Positions 36,254 through 46,876 of a DNA stretch of 64,000 nt are shown piece by piece. This DNA comes from Candidatus Magasanikiibacteriota bacterium (GTDB lineage: Bacteria; Patescibacteriota; Patescibacteriia; Magasanikbacterales; GWA2-37-8): contig CALRIA010000001.1 in the NCBI GenBank assembly GCA_943359595.1, positions 11,654 through 75,653 on the forward strand, written 5' to 3'. The notes under the pieces are model-generated. The model did no database searches. It had not been told where the DNA came from and saw nothing but the letters and a program-made list of their open reading frames with translations. The translations under genes were made by a program, and so were the position numbers. Each line of letters begins with the position of its first letter. Position 1 is the first letter of the stretch.

Positions 36254-37268
36254 TATCAGATTTTTTGATTCAACTTTACGAGATGGTTCTCATGCTGTTT
36301 CACATAAAATTAGTGCTGAACAAATTCGTGAATATTGTGAAAATATAGATGGAGCTGGATTGTATACGGTTATAGTTGGTCATGGAAATGGGATTGGAGC
36401 CTCGTCTCATCAGGTAGGGTTTTCAGCTGTTAGCGATTTTGAAACTATTTCTATTGCTAAGCAAGCATTAAAAAAAACGCGTTTAGGTATATTTTTTATT
36501 CCTGGATTCGCTACTATTAAAGATGACTTAGAACCAGCGATTAAATTAGGTGTGGATTTGGTATGTGTAGCATCACATTGTACAGAAGCCGATACAACAG
36601 AACAATATATTCGTTATTTGAACACATGTGGTAAAGAGGTCTATGGAGTTTTGATGATGTATCATATGACCACTAAAGAGAGGTTGTTGGAGGAAGCAAT
36701 TAAGATGCAATCATACGGGGCACAAGGTGTAATTATTATGGATTCCGCTGGTGCCTCAATCCCATTATTAGTTTCAGATACAATAAAACATTTAGTTAAA
36801 AATTTGAAAATACCAGTAGGTTTTCATGCTCATAATAATTTGGGAATGGCTGTCGCCAATTCGCTTATAGCACTTGAAAATGGGGCGACAATTATCGACG
36901 GAACTCTGCGTGGATTTGGTGCTGGCGCTGGTAATTGTCAAATAGAAGCTGTTGTTACTGTTTTAAAAAAAATGAATATTGATGCTGGAATAGATTTATA
37001 CAAATTGATGGATGTAAGTGATAATGTTGTAACAAAAATAATGAAAAAGCCACAAGAAATTGATTCAATTGGTTTGATGGGAGGTCTGACTGGAGTATTT
37101 TCAGTTTATGCTTTACCTATTAAACGTGCAGCTGAAAAATATAATGTAGATGCTAGAGATATTTATGTTGAAGTTGGAAAAAGAAAAATAGTCGGTGGAC
37201 AAGAAGATATGATCGTCGAGGTAGCAATAGAATTAGCAAAGAAAAAACAATTATCTAATATTAATTAA
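36246..37268 (+). CDS. dmpG: 4-hydroxy-2-oxovalerate aldolase (DmpG/MhpE-like)
   Basis: DSTLRDGSH, HGNG, HCTEAD, DSAG, FHAHNNLG, GAGAGN, VGGQED. Confidence 0.92.
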   Translation: MNNIRFFDSTLRDGSHAVSHKISAEQIREYCENIDGAGLYTVIVGHGNGIGASSHQVGFSAVSDFETISIAKQALKKTRLGIFFIPGFATIKDDLEPAIKLGVDLVCVASHCTEADTTEQYIRYLNTCGKEVYGVLMMYHMTTKERLLEEAIKMQSYGAQGVIIMDSAGASIPLLVSDTIKHLVKNLKIPVGFHAHNNLGMAVANSLIALENGATIIDGTLRGFGAGAGNCQIEAVVTVLKKMNIDAGIDLYKLMDVSDNVVTKIMKKPQEIDSIGLMGGLTGVFSVYALPIKRAAEKYNVDARDIYVEVGKRKIVGGQEDMIVEVAIELAKKKQLSNIN

Positions 37269-37272
37269 TATT

Positions 37273-39054
37273 ATGAATGTTGCAGAATATATTATTAAAT
37301 TTTTATCAGAAAAAGGCACTGACCAAGTGTTCATGGTGTCTGGTGGACAGGCAATGTATCTGATAGATGCTATTTATAAGAATGGCAAATTTAATGTTGT
37401 TTGTACTCACCATGAACAAACAACTGGCATGTCTGCTGATGCCTATGGAAGAATTTCTGGAAAACCGGCAATTGCGCTTGTCACAGCCGGTCCGGGGGCA
37501 GTTAATGTTATAAATGGTGTTGTTGGTGGTTGGACCGATTCGTCACCAATGATTGTTCTTTCCGGTCAATCCAATTTAGCCAATATAAAATATCAGGAGA
37601 AAAGTGGTATTAGACAATATGGTGTACAAGGTATAAATGTTAAACCACTGGTTGAAAGTGTGACCAAATTTTTTATAACCGTTGATGACCCGGCTAAAAT
37701 TTTGACTTATTTAGAAACTGCTTATTACTTATGTACCAATGGGCGTCCTGGTCCGGTTTGGATTGACGTTCCTTTGGATATTCAAAGATCCGAAGTTCCA
37801 GGAAATTTAGTATCGGAATTCAAAATTCCTGCAAAGATAAACGTTGATACAAATATTTTTAGCCAAGTAGATCTGGTTGTTAAAATGTTGGCTTGTTCAA
37901 AAAGACCTGTTTTGTTGGTCGGGCAGGGTGTTAGATTGGCTGGAGCTACTCTAGAATTTAACAATCTTATTTCAAAATTAAAAATTCCTATATTAACCGC
38001 TCGTCTTGGTATAGATTTAATTGAAAGTGATAACGATCTCTATATTGGACGACCAGGAACTTATGGAGAAAGATCCGCACATTTTGTAATACAAAATTCT
38101 GATTTGTTAATATCCGTTGGTTGTCGTTTGACAACGTCTTTGATCGGTCATAATGCAAAAGATTTTGCCAGAAATGCAAAAAAAATAGTGGTAGATATTG
38201 ACCAAGCGGAATTGGATAAACCAGGATTAGAAATTGATTTAAAAATTTTAACTGACGCAAAAATTTTTCTCAAATCTTTGTTTGAAAAATCAATTAATTT
38301 TGAGTCTTTAAATTTTGATTCATGGCTGGACAGATGTCGTGCTTGGAAGATCAAATATCCAGTTGTTCAACCGTCATATAAGAATGAAACACCAGTTAAT
38401 TCTTATTATTTCGCTGATAGACTTTCAATTTTATCTAGTTCTAAAGAAATGATATTGGTTGACACGGGCTCTTGTTTTCATGTGGCTAGTCAAACTTGGA
38501 AAATTAAAAAAGGTCAGCGATTTCTTACTACTGGCGGCCTCTCTTCAATGGGATATTGGGTGGCTGGTATCGGCGCATGCCGGGCCAACAACGGACAGAA
38601 AACGATTGTGATCACTGGAGATGGTAGTTTGCAGATGAACATTCAAGAATTTGCAACTATCAAACACAATAATTTGCCAATTAAAGTTTTTATTTTTAAT
38701 AATAACGGTTATTTGTTGATTAGACATACACAGAAGAATTTTATGGAGGGTCGGTTGCTTGGTGAAGGTCCTAAATCTGGTGTATGGTGTCCAGACTCAC
38801 TTAAAATTGCCGAGGCGTATGGCATAAAGGGTGTGAGGATAGATAAAGTTGCTGATGTGGATAAAAAAATAGAAGAGGTTTTAAATTATGATGGCCCAGT
38901 TATTTGTGATGTTATGACACCGGAATGGCAGTTATTAATGCCTCGAGTAGCATCAGAAAAAGATGCTAACGGTAATCTTGTCTCAAAACCATACGAAGAT
39001 ATGTTTCCTTATTTAGATCGTGATGAACTGGAAAAAAATATGATTAAGGATTAA
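37273..39054 (+). CDS. ThDP-dependent acetolactate-synthase-like carboligase (YerE-like)
   Basis: HHEQ, TAGPG, GRPGPVWIDVPLD, GDGSLQMNIQE, NNNGY; located in CDP-dideoxysugar cluster. Confidence 0.85.
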   Translation: MNVAEYIIKFLSEKGTDQVFMVSGGQAMYLIDAIYKNGKFNVVCTHHEQTTGMSADAYGRISGKPAIALVTAGPGAVNVINGVVGGWTDSSPMIVLSGQSNLANIKYQEKSGIRQYGVQGINVKPLVESVTKFFITVDDPAKILTYLETAYYLCTNGRPGPVWIDVPLDIQRSEVPGNLVSEFKIPAKINVDTNIFSQVDLVVKMLACSKRPVLLVGQGVRLAGATLEFNNLISKLKIPILTARLGIDLIESDNDLYIGRPGTYGERSAHFVIQNSDLLISVGCRLTTSLIGHNAKDFARNAKKIVVDIDQAELDKPGLEIDLKILTDAKIFLKSLFEKSINFESLNFDSWLDRCRAWKIKYPVVQPSYKNETPVNSYYFADRLSILSSSKEMILVDTGSCFHVASQTWKIKKGQRFLTTGGLSSMGYWVAGIGACRANNGQKTIVITGDGSLQMNIQEFATIKHNNLPIKVFIFNNNGYLLIRHTQKNFMEGRLLGEGPKSGVWCPDSLKIAEAYGIKGVRIDKVADVDKKIEEVLNYDGPVICDVMTPEWQLLMPRVASEKDANGNLVSKPYEDMFPYLDRDELEKNMIKD

Positions 39055-39085
39055 TACTTTTATAGTTTTGATAATAAATAAAAAT

Positions 39086-39970
39086 ATGCAAAAAATTAAA
39101 GTTTTTTTAACGGGCGGAGGAGGCTTTATTGGTCGGAATATTTTAGAATTATTAAATGATAAATATTTTTTTCTTTCGCCTAGCAGCAATGAATTGGATC
39201 TAACAAATGCAGATTCAGTTCTAAATTTTATTAAAGAAAATAATGTAGATATTGTTTTGCATGCCGCCAATGTGGGAGGAAATAGAAATCCTAAATGGGC
39301 AGGTGTGGATTGGGCTTTGGAAAAAAATTTACAAATGTTTTTTAATTTAATTAGGTCCAAGGATTATTTTAAAAGAATGATAGTGCTTGGGTCTGGAGCA
39401 GAATATGATAAAAGACAAAATCTGGTTGGAATAAAAGAGGAAGATTTTGACAAATCGATGCCTGTTGATCAGTATGGTTTTGCAAAATATATAATGTCTA
39501 AATATGCACAAAATGTTGATTTCATAACGCATTTACGTTTGTTTGGGGTGTATGGTAAATATGAAGATTATAAAATTAGATTTATTTCTGAGGCAATCTG
39601 CAGAGCTATTTTAAATAAGCCAATAGTAATAAAACAAAATGTAAATTTTGATTACATATACATCAATGATGTGGTTGAAGTCATTGATGGTTTTATTAGT
39701 AATAAACCAACCAATAACTTTTTTAATGTAGGGCGTGGGACTACGATAGATCTTCTTTCAATTGCCAATAAAGTACTGTCTTTAACTGGAAAGAATCTAC
39801 CGATTATTGTAGAAAATCCTACATTAAATAAAGAATATTCATGCAACGTTGATAGGTTGTCAGAGGAGATTGGCGAGTATCCTATTACTGGTTTTGATCA
39901 GTCGTTGGTAGATATGATTACTTATTATCAATCTGTGTTGGTAAAATTAGATACTAGCTTTATATCTTAG
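39086..39970 (+). CDS. NAD-dependent epimerase/reductase (YerF-like)
   Basis: TGGGGFIG, GSGAEY, YGFAK, RLFGVYG; directly after YerE-like gene. Confidence 0.8.
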   Translation: MQKIKVFLTGGGGFIGRNILELLNDKYFFLSPSSNELDLTNADSVLNFIKENNVDIVLHAANVGGNRNPKWAGVDWALEKNLQMFFNLIRSKDYFKRMIVLGSGAEYDKRQNLVGIKEEDFDKSMPVDQYGFAKYIMSKYAQNVDFITHLRLFGVYGKYEDYKIRFISEAICRAILNKPIVIKQNVNFDYIYINDVVEVIDGFISNKPTNNFFNVGRGTTIDLLSIANKVLSLTGKNLPIIVENPTLNKEYSCNVDRLSEEIGEYPITGFDQSLVDMITYYQSVLVKLDTSFIS

Positions 39971-39999
39971 GGTATTAATTTTTTAGCTGTGTAGTATAT

Positions 40000-42777
40000 A
40001 TGTCATTAAATGAGTTAAAACTATTTAGCAACGATGCTATCGCATTTTTAAAGAAAAATATATTAGGAATTTTTTTGTCCTCATTTGTTATTTTTTCCGT
40101 TATTTGGTTAGGAAATATAATATCAGTTATTACTAGTCGTCAAATTTTGGATCCGTTGTCAGTAAAGGTAGAAGGGTTGGATGCACAAAATTTATCTTCT
40201 ATTAGAGTTTTGGCAACCTTGTCGCGTGCTGGCAATACTATGAATTTAACGAGGGTGTTGGAAGGAAATAAAAATGAATGGGATAACCCTAGTCAAACAT
40301 TTGTTAAAAAAATACTAGTTGGTTTTAATAATGGAAGTTTAAGTCAACTTTCGCAAATTACCGTTACTCTTGGACAGAGAGATTTTGTATATACAAAAAA
40401 ACAATTTTTGGATAATTGGAATAAAATAAATAAAAAAGATGATAGTTGGTATATGAGCGGTATAAATGACAGTTCTGGATATTTTGTATATGAAGCACCT
40501 GATAATATAAAAGTGAAACCATGGAATTTACGCGCACCAATCATTTCTAGTTTGTTATCTAGTATAAATTTCAGAGGCAGTGAATACTTAGTCTACGCTC
40601 CATTGGTCTCTAGTTTTAAAACTTTTTTGTTGGTGTTTGTAATTTTTATAGTTATTTTTTTCATTTTTTCATATTTTTGGCGTAAACATAATAAGGTATA
40701 TAACGATAATAATGATTTTTATAAAATTGAATTTATTACTTTTACTTTAGGAATTTTAGCTACTTCAGGTTCTATATTTTTGTTGTGTGTTTGTATTAAG
40801 TTTTTTTATAGGCCTGACACATCTAAAATAGTATTTGAAGCATCTAAAATTTATTTAGATAAACTTCTGCCGGCTTTTATACCTAAACCAGTGGAAAGAT
40901 TACAATTTGCACTGAGCGTATTATCAAGCCCTTTTTTATTATTTACTTTTTATAAATTATTTAGTAAATACATAAATACACTTAGTAAAGAAATAATTCC
41001 TCGTGTCTATTCAATTATAAGCACGATAGTTTTGTTGTTACTTTTTTCTGTTACTTATATAGGATTATCCGTTAGTAATTTTATGTATGTTGAGAAGAGC
41101 TATTTTTTTAATGGTGTAGGAAAATATTTATATAGTTTAGTTTTGTTTCCGTTAGGTGTTTATATTATTTTTTCATTAAAAAAAGAAAAATATTATAATT
41201 TAATTAATATTTTATTATATATATTTTCAGGAGTTTTATTAATGTCGATGTTTTTTGTTAGTATTATTGGCGTTGGTGAATCTAATTTAGATATGCTAAG
41301 TATCGTTAGCCACGCTAATCCAATTTTTTTTCCAATTTCACAAGTTGTGGCAGGCAAGACTTTGTTGGTAAATTTATCTAGTCAGTACGGTCTTTATCCA
41401 GTGTTTTTAGAGCCTATATTCAAGCTGTTTGGTTTAAACATGTTATCCCTTACATCTACAATGGGGGTATTATTAAGTTTAAGTTTTTTATTTATCTTTC
41501 TTTTTATTCATCGTTTAGTAAAAAATAAAATAATTTTGTTTCTTGGTTTTAGTACCATTATGTTTTATTTTTTGGATGGTTCTGCCAGTCCATATCCATA
41601 TTTTCAATATTGGCCAATTAGGACTTTGTTCCCATCTATACTTTTATTTCTTTCTTCTTTATATTTTAAAAGTAAAAATAAATTTCTTTATTATCTATTA
41701 TTTTTTATAAGTGCTTTAGCCATTTTATGGAATTTTGATTCTGGAATTATAGTGTTTTCTTCCTGGATAATAGCTTTGTTTTATATGGAAATGTTTAAGT
41801 CTGACATAAAAATTATTATTAGAAATATAATTTTCCATGTTATCCGTGGGGCATTAGCTATTTGCCTAGTTTCATCAGGGTATGTTGTTTATTCTTTTTT
41901 GAGATCTGGTCAGATGCCGAATTTATCTTTGTTTTTCTTGTATCAAAAATTATTTTACGATGGTTTTATGATGATTGCCATGCCTTTTCCTCACATTTGG
42001 ATTCTCATAATGTTGATTTTTCTCTCTGGGTTGCTATGGTCAATTAGAAATTTGATTATTAAAGATGATAATTATAAAAATATTTCTATTTTTCTCTTAT
42101 CTATTTTAGGTATTGGTCTTTTTAGCTATTATGAAGGTAGGTCTCATGATGCTACCTTGTATACTCCACTATATTTGGTTTTAATGCTTTTGCCAATAAT
42201 GGCGGACAATATTTTTGATATTCTTGTAAAGAATTCTAAATTATACGGGCATACTTTATTATTTTTATTTATTATTTTTATTCTTTTTGCGTCTCCTTTA
42301 AGTATTATTCACAACAGTCATAGATACTTCAGTTCAGTTAAAGCTGGTTTTAATTCTTTTTCTAATCATTCAGAAACAACGTTGTCAAATAATGTCAATT
42401 TTATAAAAAGAAATACTAAGGAATGGGAAGGTGTAATAATGTTGACAGGACCATTTGACGGTGCATATTTTGGAGAAACTCACACGCGTTCGATATTGGA
42501 CATACCATCATTTACGGAAGTATTTTATAAACGAGAGGCGGATTATATTATTAATTTTTTAAGGTGTAATAAAACGGTCAAAGTGTTTGTGTATCCTTTT
42601 AGTAAATTTTATGATCAATTTGGGAATGATCTTGTTGATATAAGGATTAATCAATTAATAAAAAGTAATTATTCAGTGGTGACAGAAAGCGGTGATGATA
42701 TGGTTGTGATGATGAATAATTATAATAATTCTGGGGGTTGTTTTTATACCAATATTAGTAAATTAATTATTAAATAA
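40000..42777 (+). CDS. Large polytopic membrane protein, possibly GT-C glycosyltransferase
   Basis: >15 hydrophobic segments; SQYG, WNFDSG, RSH motifs; glycan-cluster context. Confidence 0.55.
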   Translation: MSLNELKLFSNDAIAFLKKNILGIFLSSFVIFSVIWLGNIISVITSRQILDPLSVKVEGLDAQNLSSIRVLATLSRAGNTMNLTRVLEGNKNEWDNPSQTFVKKILVGFNNGSLSQLSQITVTLGQRDFVYTKKQFLDNWNKINKKDDSWYMSGINDSSGYFVYEAPDNIKVKPWNLRAPIISSLLSSINFRGSEYLVYAPLVSSFKTFLLVFVIFIVIFFIFSYFWRKHNKVYNDNNDFYKIEFITFTLGILATSGSIFLLCVCIKFFYRPDTSKIVFEASKIYLDKLLPAFIPKPVERLQFALSVLSSPFLLFTFYKLFSKYINTLSKEIIPRVYSIISTIVLLLLFSVTYIGLSVSNFMYVEKSYFFNGVGKYLYSLVLFPLGVYIIFSLKKEKYYNLINILLYIFSGVLLMSMFFVSIIGVGESNLDMLSIVSHANPIFFPISQVVAGKTLLVNLSSQYGLYPVFLEPIFKLFGLNMLSLTSTMGVLLSLSFLFIFLFIHRLVKNKIILFLGFSTIMFYFLDGSASPYPYFQYWPIRTLFPSILLFLSSLYFKSKNKFLYYLLFFISALAILWNFDSGIIVFSSWIIALFYMEMFKSDIKIIIRNIIFHVIRGALAICLVSSGYVVYSFLRSGQMPNLSLFFLYQKLFYDGFMMIAMPFPHIWILIMLIFLSGLLWSIRNLIIKDDNYKNISIFLLSILGIGLFSYYEGRSHDATLYTPLYLVLMLLPIMADNIFDILVKNSKLYGHTLLFLFIIFILFASPLSIIHNSHRYFSSVKAGFNSFSNHSETTLSNNVNFIKRNTKEWEGVIMLTGPFDGAYFGETHTRSILDIPSFTEVFYKREADYIINFLRCNKTVKVFVYPFSKFYDQFGNDLVDIRINQLIKSNYSVVTESGDDMVVMMNNYNNSGGCFYTNISKLIIK

Positions 42778-42795
42778 TTCATTAATTAAATCTAT

Positions 42796-44106
42796 ATGAT
42801 AGATGAAAATCTTAGAGCCGAAATAATAAAATACTATAATTTAAAATTTCCTCAGAAAAAATTTGAGCCTGGTATTTCCAGCGTGCTTGTCACTGGGAAG
42901 GTATTTGATGAAAATGAAATGTTAAAAATGGTGGAAGCAGTATTAGATGGTTGGTGGACAGAGGGCCATTTTAGTGATGAATTCGAAAGAAAATTAGCTC
43001 ATTGGTTAGGTATTAATTTTGTGGCTTTGACCAATTCAGGTTCGTCGGCAAATCTATTGGCGGTTACTGCTTTAACCTCAAAGAAGTTGGGTGATAAAAG
43101 ATTAAAAGCGGGAGATGAGGTAATAACTGTGGCTGCTGGTTTTCCTAGCACAGTTAATCCGATTATTCAGAATAATTTAATCCCAGTTTTTGTAGATGTA
43201 GAATTAGGTACATATAATGCTAGTGTAGATGAGATTAAAAAAGCGATTAGTCCTAAGACTCGTGCAATTATGATCGCGCATACTTTGGGTAATCCTTTTG
43301 ATTTGGAACAGATTAAAAAATTATGTATTGATCATAATTTGTGGCTAATAGAAGATAACTGTGATGCTTTAGGTTCTTTATATAATGGAAAAAAGACTGG
43401 GACATTTGGTCATATCGCTACTTGTAGTTTTTACCCAGCCCATCATATCACTATGGGTGAAGGAGGCGCTGTATTTACTAACGACGCTACACTAAATTCT
43501 ATTGTAAGGTCGGTACGAGATTGGGGAAGAGATTGTTATTGTAAGACAGGAGCGGATAATACTTGTGGCATGCGTTTTGGTTGGCAATTAGGTGATTTGC
43601 CTTATGGCTATGATCATAAATATATTTATTCAGAAATGGGATATAATTTAAAAATAACTGAAATGCAGGCTGCTTTGGCTGTGGCACAATTTGATAAATT
43701 GGATGGATTTGTTGAAAAACGTCGCGCTAATTTTAACAAACTTTTTGAAGGATTAAAAAAATATGAAGAATATTTTATATTGCCAATGTGGCAAACTCAA
43801 GCTGAACCAAGTTGGTTTGGTTTCCTTTTAACTGTGAGAGAAGGTGCTCCTTTTGAGCGTAATGATATTATCCAATATTTGTTGAGTCAGAATATCCATA
43901 CCCGCTATTTATTCGCTGGCAATTTAACGAAACAACCATATTTTGTCGATAATGATATTAATTATAAGATATCAGGAGAACTTAAAAATACAGATTTGAT
44001 AATGGATAATACTTTTTGGATAGGAGTATTTCCAGGTCTCAATGATGAAATGGTTGAATATACAATAAGTTGTTTCGATAAATTTTTGGAAGTATATAAA
44101 AAATAG
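42796..44106 (+). CDS. rfbH: CDP-4-keto-6-deoxyglucose 3-dehydrase (E1, DdhC)
   Basis: NSGSSANL, EDNCDALG, SFYPAHHITMGEGG (His replaces PLP Lys), GRDCYC...C Fe-S motif, YDHKYIY. Confidence 0.95.
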   Translation: MIDENLRAEIIKYYNLKFPQKKFEPGISSVLVTGKVFDENEMLKMVEAVLDGWWTEGHFSDEFERKLAHWLGINFVALTNSGSSANLLAVTALTSKKLGDKRLKAGDEVITVAAGFPSTVNPIIQNNLIPVFVDVELGTYNASVDEIKKAISPKTRAIMIAHTLGNPFDLEQIKKLCIDHNLWLIEDNCDALGSLYNGKKTGTFGHIATCSFYPAHHITMGEGGAVFTNDATLNSIVRSVRDWGRDCYCKTGADNTCGMRFGWQLGDLPYGYDHKYIYSEMGYNLKITEMQAALAVAQFDKLDGFVEKRRANFNKLFEGLKKYEEYFILPMWQTQAEPSWFGFLLTVREGAPFERNDIIQYLLSQNIHTRYLFAGNLTKQPYFVDNDINYKISGELKNTDLIMDNTFWIGVFPGLNDEMVEYTISCFDKFLEVYKK

Positions 44107-44116
44107 TTATTATATT

Positions 44117-45055
44117 ATGAATAATAAATTAATTAGCATTGTTACCCCTTGTTATAATGAGGAGGAAAACGTTGTTGAGGTTTATAATCAGACGAAAAAA
44201 ATATTGGTAGAATCTGGATATAAATATGAACATATATTTATTGATAATGATTCCTCAGATAAGACGGTCGTAATCTTAAAAGAAATAGCTGAGAATGATA
44301 AATGCGTAAAGATAATCGTTAATGCTCGTAATTTTGGACAATTAAAGTCTCCTTATTATGCAATTTTACAAACAAAAGGGGACGCAGTAATTTTGCTTTA
44401 TGCGGATTTGCAAGACCCACCTATTCTTATAAAAGATTTTATTAAAAAATGGGAAGATGGTTATAAGATAGTGGTTGGAGTAAAAAAGAAAAGCATGGAA
44501 AATCCTATAATGTTTGCAATCAGAAAATTGTATTATAGCTTAATTAAATTAATGGCTGAGACAGAACAAATTAAAAATTTTAATGGTTTTGCATTATATG
44601 ATAGACAATTTATTGAGACGATGAGAAAAATTGATGATCCAGATCCATATTTGCGAGGTTTAATTAGTGAATTTGGTTTTTCTTGTGCAAAAATTGAGTA
44701 TACTCAATTTAAGCGAAAAAATGGAAAGAGTAAAAATAATTTTTATACTCTATATGATGTGGCCATGCTCGGCTTTGTTAATCATTCCAAAGTTCCGTTG
44801 CGCCTTGCTGTTTTTATAGGCTTTGGAATGTCGATTCTTAGCTTGATTGTTGGTATGGTTTATTTGATATATAAACTGCTTTACTGGGATAGATTTCAGG
44901 CTGGGCTAGCTCCAATTACAATTGGTATTTTCTTTTTTTCCTCAGTCCAATTATTTTTTGTGGGTATTTTAGGAGAATATATTGGAGCAATTTACACTCA
45001 AGTTAAACGTCGTCCTTTGGTGGTGGAAAAAGAACGTATCAATTTTGATAAATAA
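44117..45055 (+). CDS. GtrB-like polyprenol-phosphate glycosyltransferase (GT2)
   Basis: TPCYNEE, ARNFG, ADLQDPP, two C-terminal TMs, GILGEYIG...KRRP. Confidence 0.9.
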   Translation: MNNKLISIVTPCYNEEENVVEVYNQTKKILVESGYKYEHIFIDNDSSDKTVVILKEIAENDKCVKIIVNARNFGQLKSPYYAILQTKGDAVILLYADLQDPPILIKDFIKKWEDGYKIVVGVKKKSMENPIMFAIRKLYYSLIKLMAETEQIKNFNGFALYDRQFIETMRKIDDPDPYLRGLISEFGFSCAKIEYTQFKRKNGKSKNNFYTLYDVAMLGFVNHSKVPLRLAVFIGFGMSILSLIVGMVYLIYKLLYWDRFQAGLAPITIGIFFFSSVQLFFVGILGEYIGAIYTQVKRRPLVVEKERINFDK

Positions 45056-45077
45056 TTTCCAGTTTGATTAGATAAAT

Positions 45078-46025
45078 ATGGTTAATCAAAAACTATTAAG
45101 TATCTGTATCCCCACATTTAATAGGCGAGATTTTTTACGATACAATTTATTGAGTCTAACTGATCAATTTGATGTAGAACCATCATTGCTGGATATGGTG
45201 GAAGTTATAATTTCTGATAACGCCAGTTCTGATGGAACAAAAGAAATGGTAGCTGGTTTTATTGAAAAATATCCAAATATCGTATATAATTATAACGAAA
45301 CTAATCTAGGCTTTGATCGTAATCTTAATAAAACAATAAAATTAGCAAGTGGTAAATATTGTTTTTCCTTAGGCGATGATGATGCTATATTTTCTGGAGC
45401 GTTAAAAATATTAGTACAGAAAATTTTAGATACCAATGTTCCTTATTATATAGTTAATCATGTCGGTTATTCGCGTGATATGCAGTGTGCTTATAAAAAT
45501 GAACATAATACGGATTTTCATGAAGACTGTTTATATGATAGTTTGCAGGAGTATGTTCGATCTCTTGGTGGTTATGTCAAGGTTATTGGAATTTTTGGTG
45601 GTATGTCTACCCATATTTTTTTGAGAGACGTATGGCTATCTTTTGAAGATTTAGAAAAATATATCGGCACGTTGCAGATTCACACCCACGTTTTTTTGAG
45701 AGCTTTTAAAAATGCTCAATTTATGTTTCTGTGTGATATTGTAGTTAAAACTCGTGGTGACAATATGAGGTGGGAAGATATTGTTGGGTTGGAAACAACG
45801 CAACGACGTAGTATGGCGGCCTTTAAAGGTTTTGTATGGATAAAGCATCTGTATAATTTGCCGCAATCAATTGTTGGGGCGTTCATATATTTTGTATGTA
45901 GGGGTTATTGGATAGCAGTGAAACAAATGATAAAATTTTTTTTAGTATCTATTAAATATAAAAAATATTTTACCAATCGCAATAGATATCAAGAAAGGCC
46001 AATTATTGAAGATTCTATAAAATAA
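45078..46025 (+). CDS. GT2, abequosyl/dideoxyhexosyl transferase (RfbV)-like
   Basis: LSICIPTFNR, ISDNASSD, NLGFDRN, LGDDD. Confidence 0.8.
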   Translation: MVNQKLLSICIPTFNRRDFLRYNLLSLTDQFDVEPSLLDMVEVIISDNASSDGTKEMVAGFIEKYPNIVYNYNETNLGFDRNLNKTIKLASGKYCFSLGDDDAIFSGALKILVQKILDTNVPYYIVNHVGYSRDMQCAYKNEHNTDFHEDCLYDSLQEYVRSLGGYVKVIGIFGGMSTHIFLRDVWLSFEDLEKYIGTLQIHTHVFLRAFKNAQFMFLCDIVVKTRGDNMRWEDIVGLETTQRRSMAAFKGFVWIKHLYNLPQSIVGAFIYFVCRGYWIAVKQMIKFFLVSIKYKKYFTNRNRYQERPIIEDSIK

Positions 46026-46030
46026 AAAGT

Positions 46031-46870
46031 ATGAATAACTCTAATATAGCGTTTATTATTTTTACTTTAAACGAAGAAAAACGCATAGAATATCCTGTGC
46101 GTAATTTTGTTAAATACGGTGAGGTAATTATTTTAGATGGTGGTAGTACTGATAAAACCGGTGAAATAGCCCAGAAATATGGTGCCAAGTTTTTGCAACG
46201 ACCCAATATGGGAACAATGTGTGGAGAAACTCAAGAAATGCTAAATTTTGTTTTGGCAAATACAGACAAGAAATGGTTTTTTTGGCAGTATGTTGATGAT
46301 TTAGCTCCTAGGTCTTTGTTGGAAAAGATGACAAAAATTTCAAAACAGAATAAATATAAAAAAGTAATTGTTCCTTTATATACGTATCTTTGGGGGAAGA
46401 CTAAATTTCCAGCGTTAAAGGGATCTGTCGGCTGTTTTTTTGAAAGGGGTAGTGTGGATTTCTCCAATAATAAAATTCATCAAATGGGTCGTTTCCTAGG
46501 TAAAAAAGAAGAAATTTTATATCTGCCTATTTGTGATAAATATGCCATTAGACATTTTAGTTTGTACAATATTTCAAAGTTTGCTACGAATCATTTGGCA
46601 TATGCTGAAGCGGAGGCGGAGCAAAAATATGTAAGCGGCAAAAAATATTCTATAATAAAGATGTTTGCAGCAATGCTTCGTTATTTTTGGCTGTTTTATA
46701 AAAATAATTGGAAGAATGGCGCCGTTGGTTTTATGGCTGCTTTGGCATATTCATATTTTAGATTACTTACATATTTCCGACTTTACGAAAAAGAAAAAGG
46801 AATTACTTTGGAAATGATTGAATCACAGTTCGTAGTTGAAAAGAAAAAAATTATTGATTCACTTGCTTAA
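46031..46870 (+). CDS. Glycosyltransferase family 2
   Basis: TLNEE, LDGGSTDKT; WaaE/KdtX-like layout. Confidence 0.82.
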   Translation: MNNSNIAFIIFTLNEEKRIEYPVRNFVKYGEVIILDGGSTDKTGEIAQKYGAKFLQRPNMGTMCGETQEMLNFVLANTDKKWFFWQYVDDLAPRSLLEKMTKISKQNKYKKVIVPLYTYLWGKTKFPALKGSVGCFFERGSVDFSNNKIHQMGRFLGKKEEILYLPICDKYAIRHFSLYNISKFATNHLAYAEAEAEQKYVSGKKYSIIKMFAAMLRYFWLFYKNNWKNGAVGFMAALAYSYFRLLTYFRLYEKEKGITLEMIESQFVVEKKKIIDSLA

Positions 46871-46876
46871 GACATT

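Noticed and set aside
35360-37268. dmpFG as aromatic meta-cleavage catabolism
   Set aside because: No dioxygenase, hydrolase or hydratase genes; translationally coupled within sugar-biosynthesis genes.
37273-39054. ilvB for branched-chain amino acid synthesis
   Set aside because: No ilvN/ilvC/ilvD nearby; context fits a YerE-like sugar carboligase.
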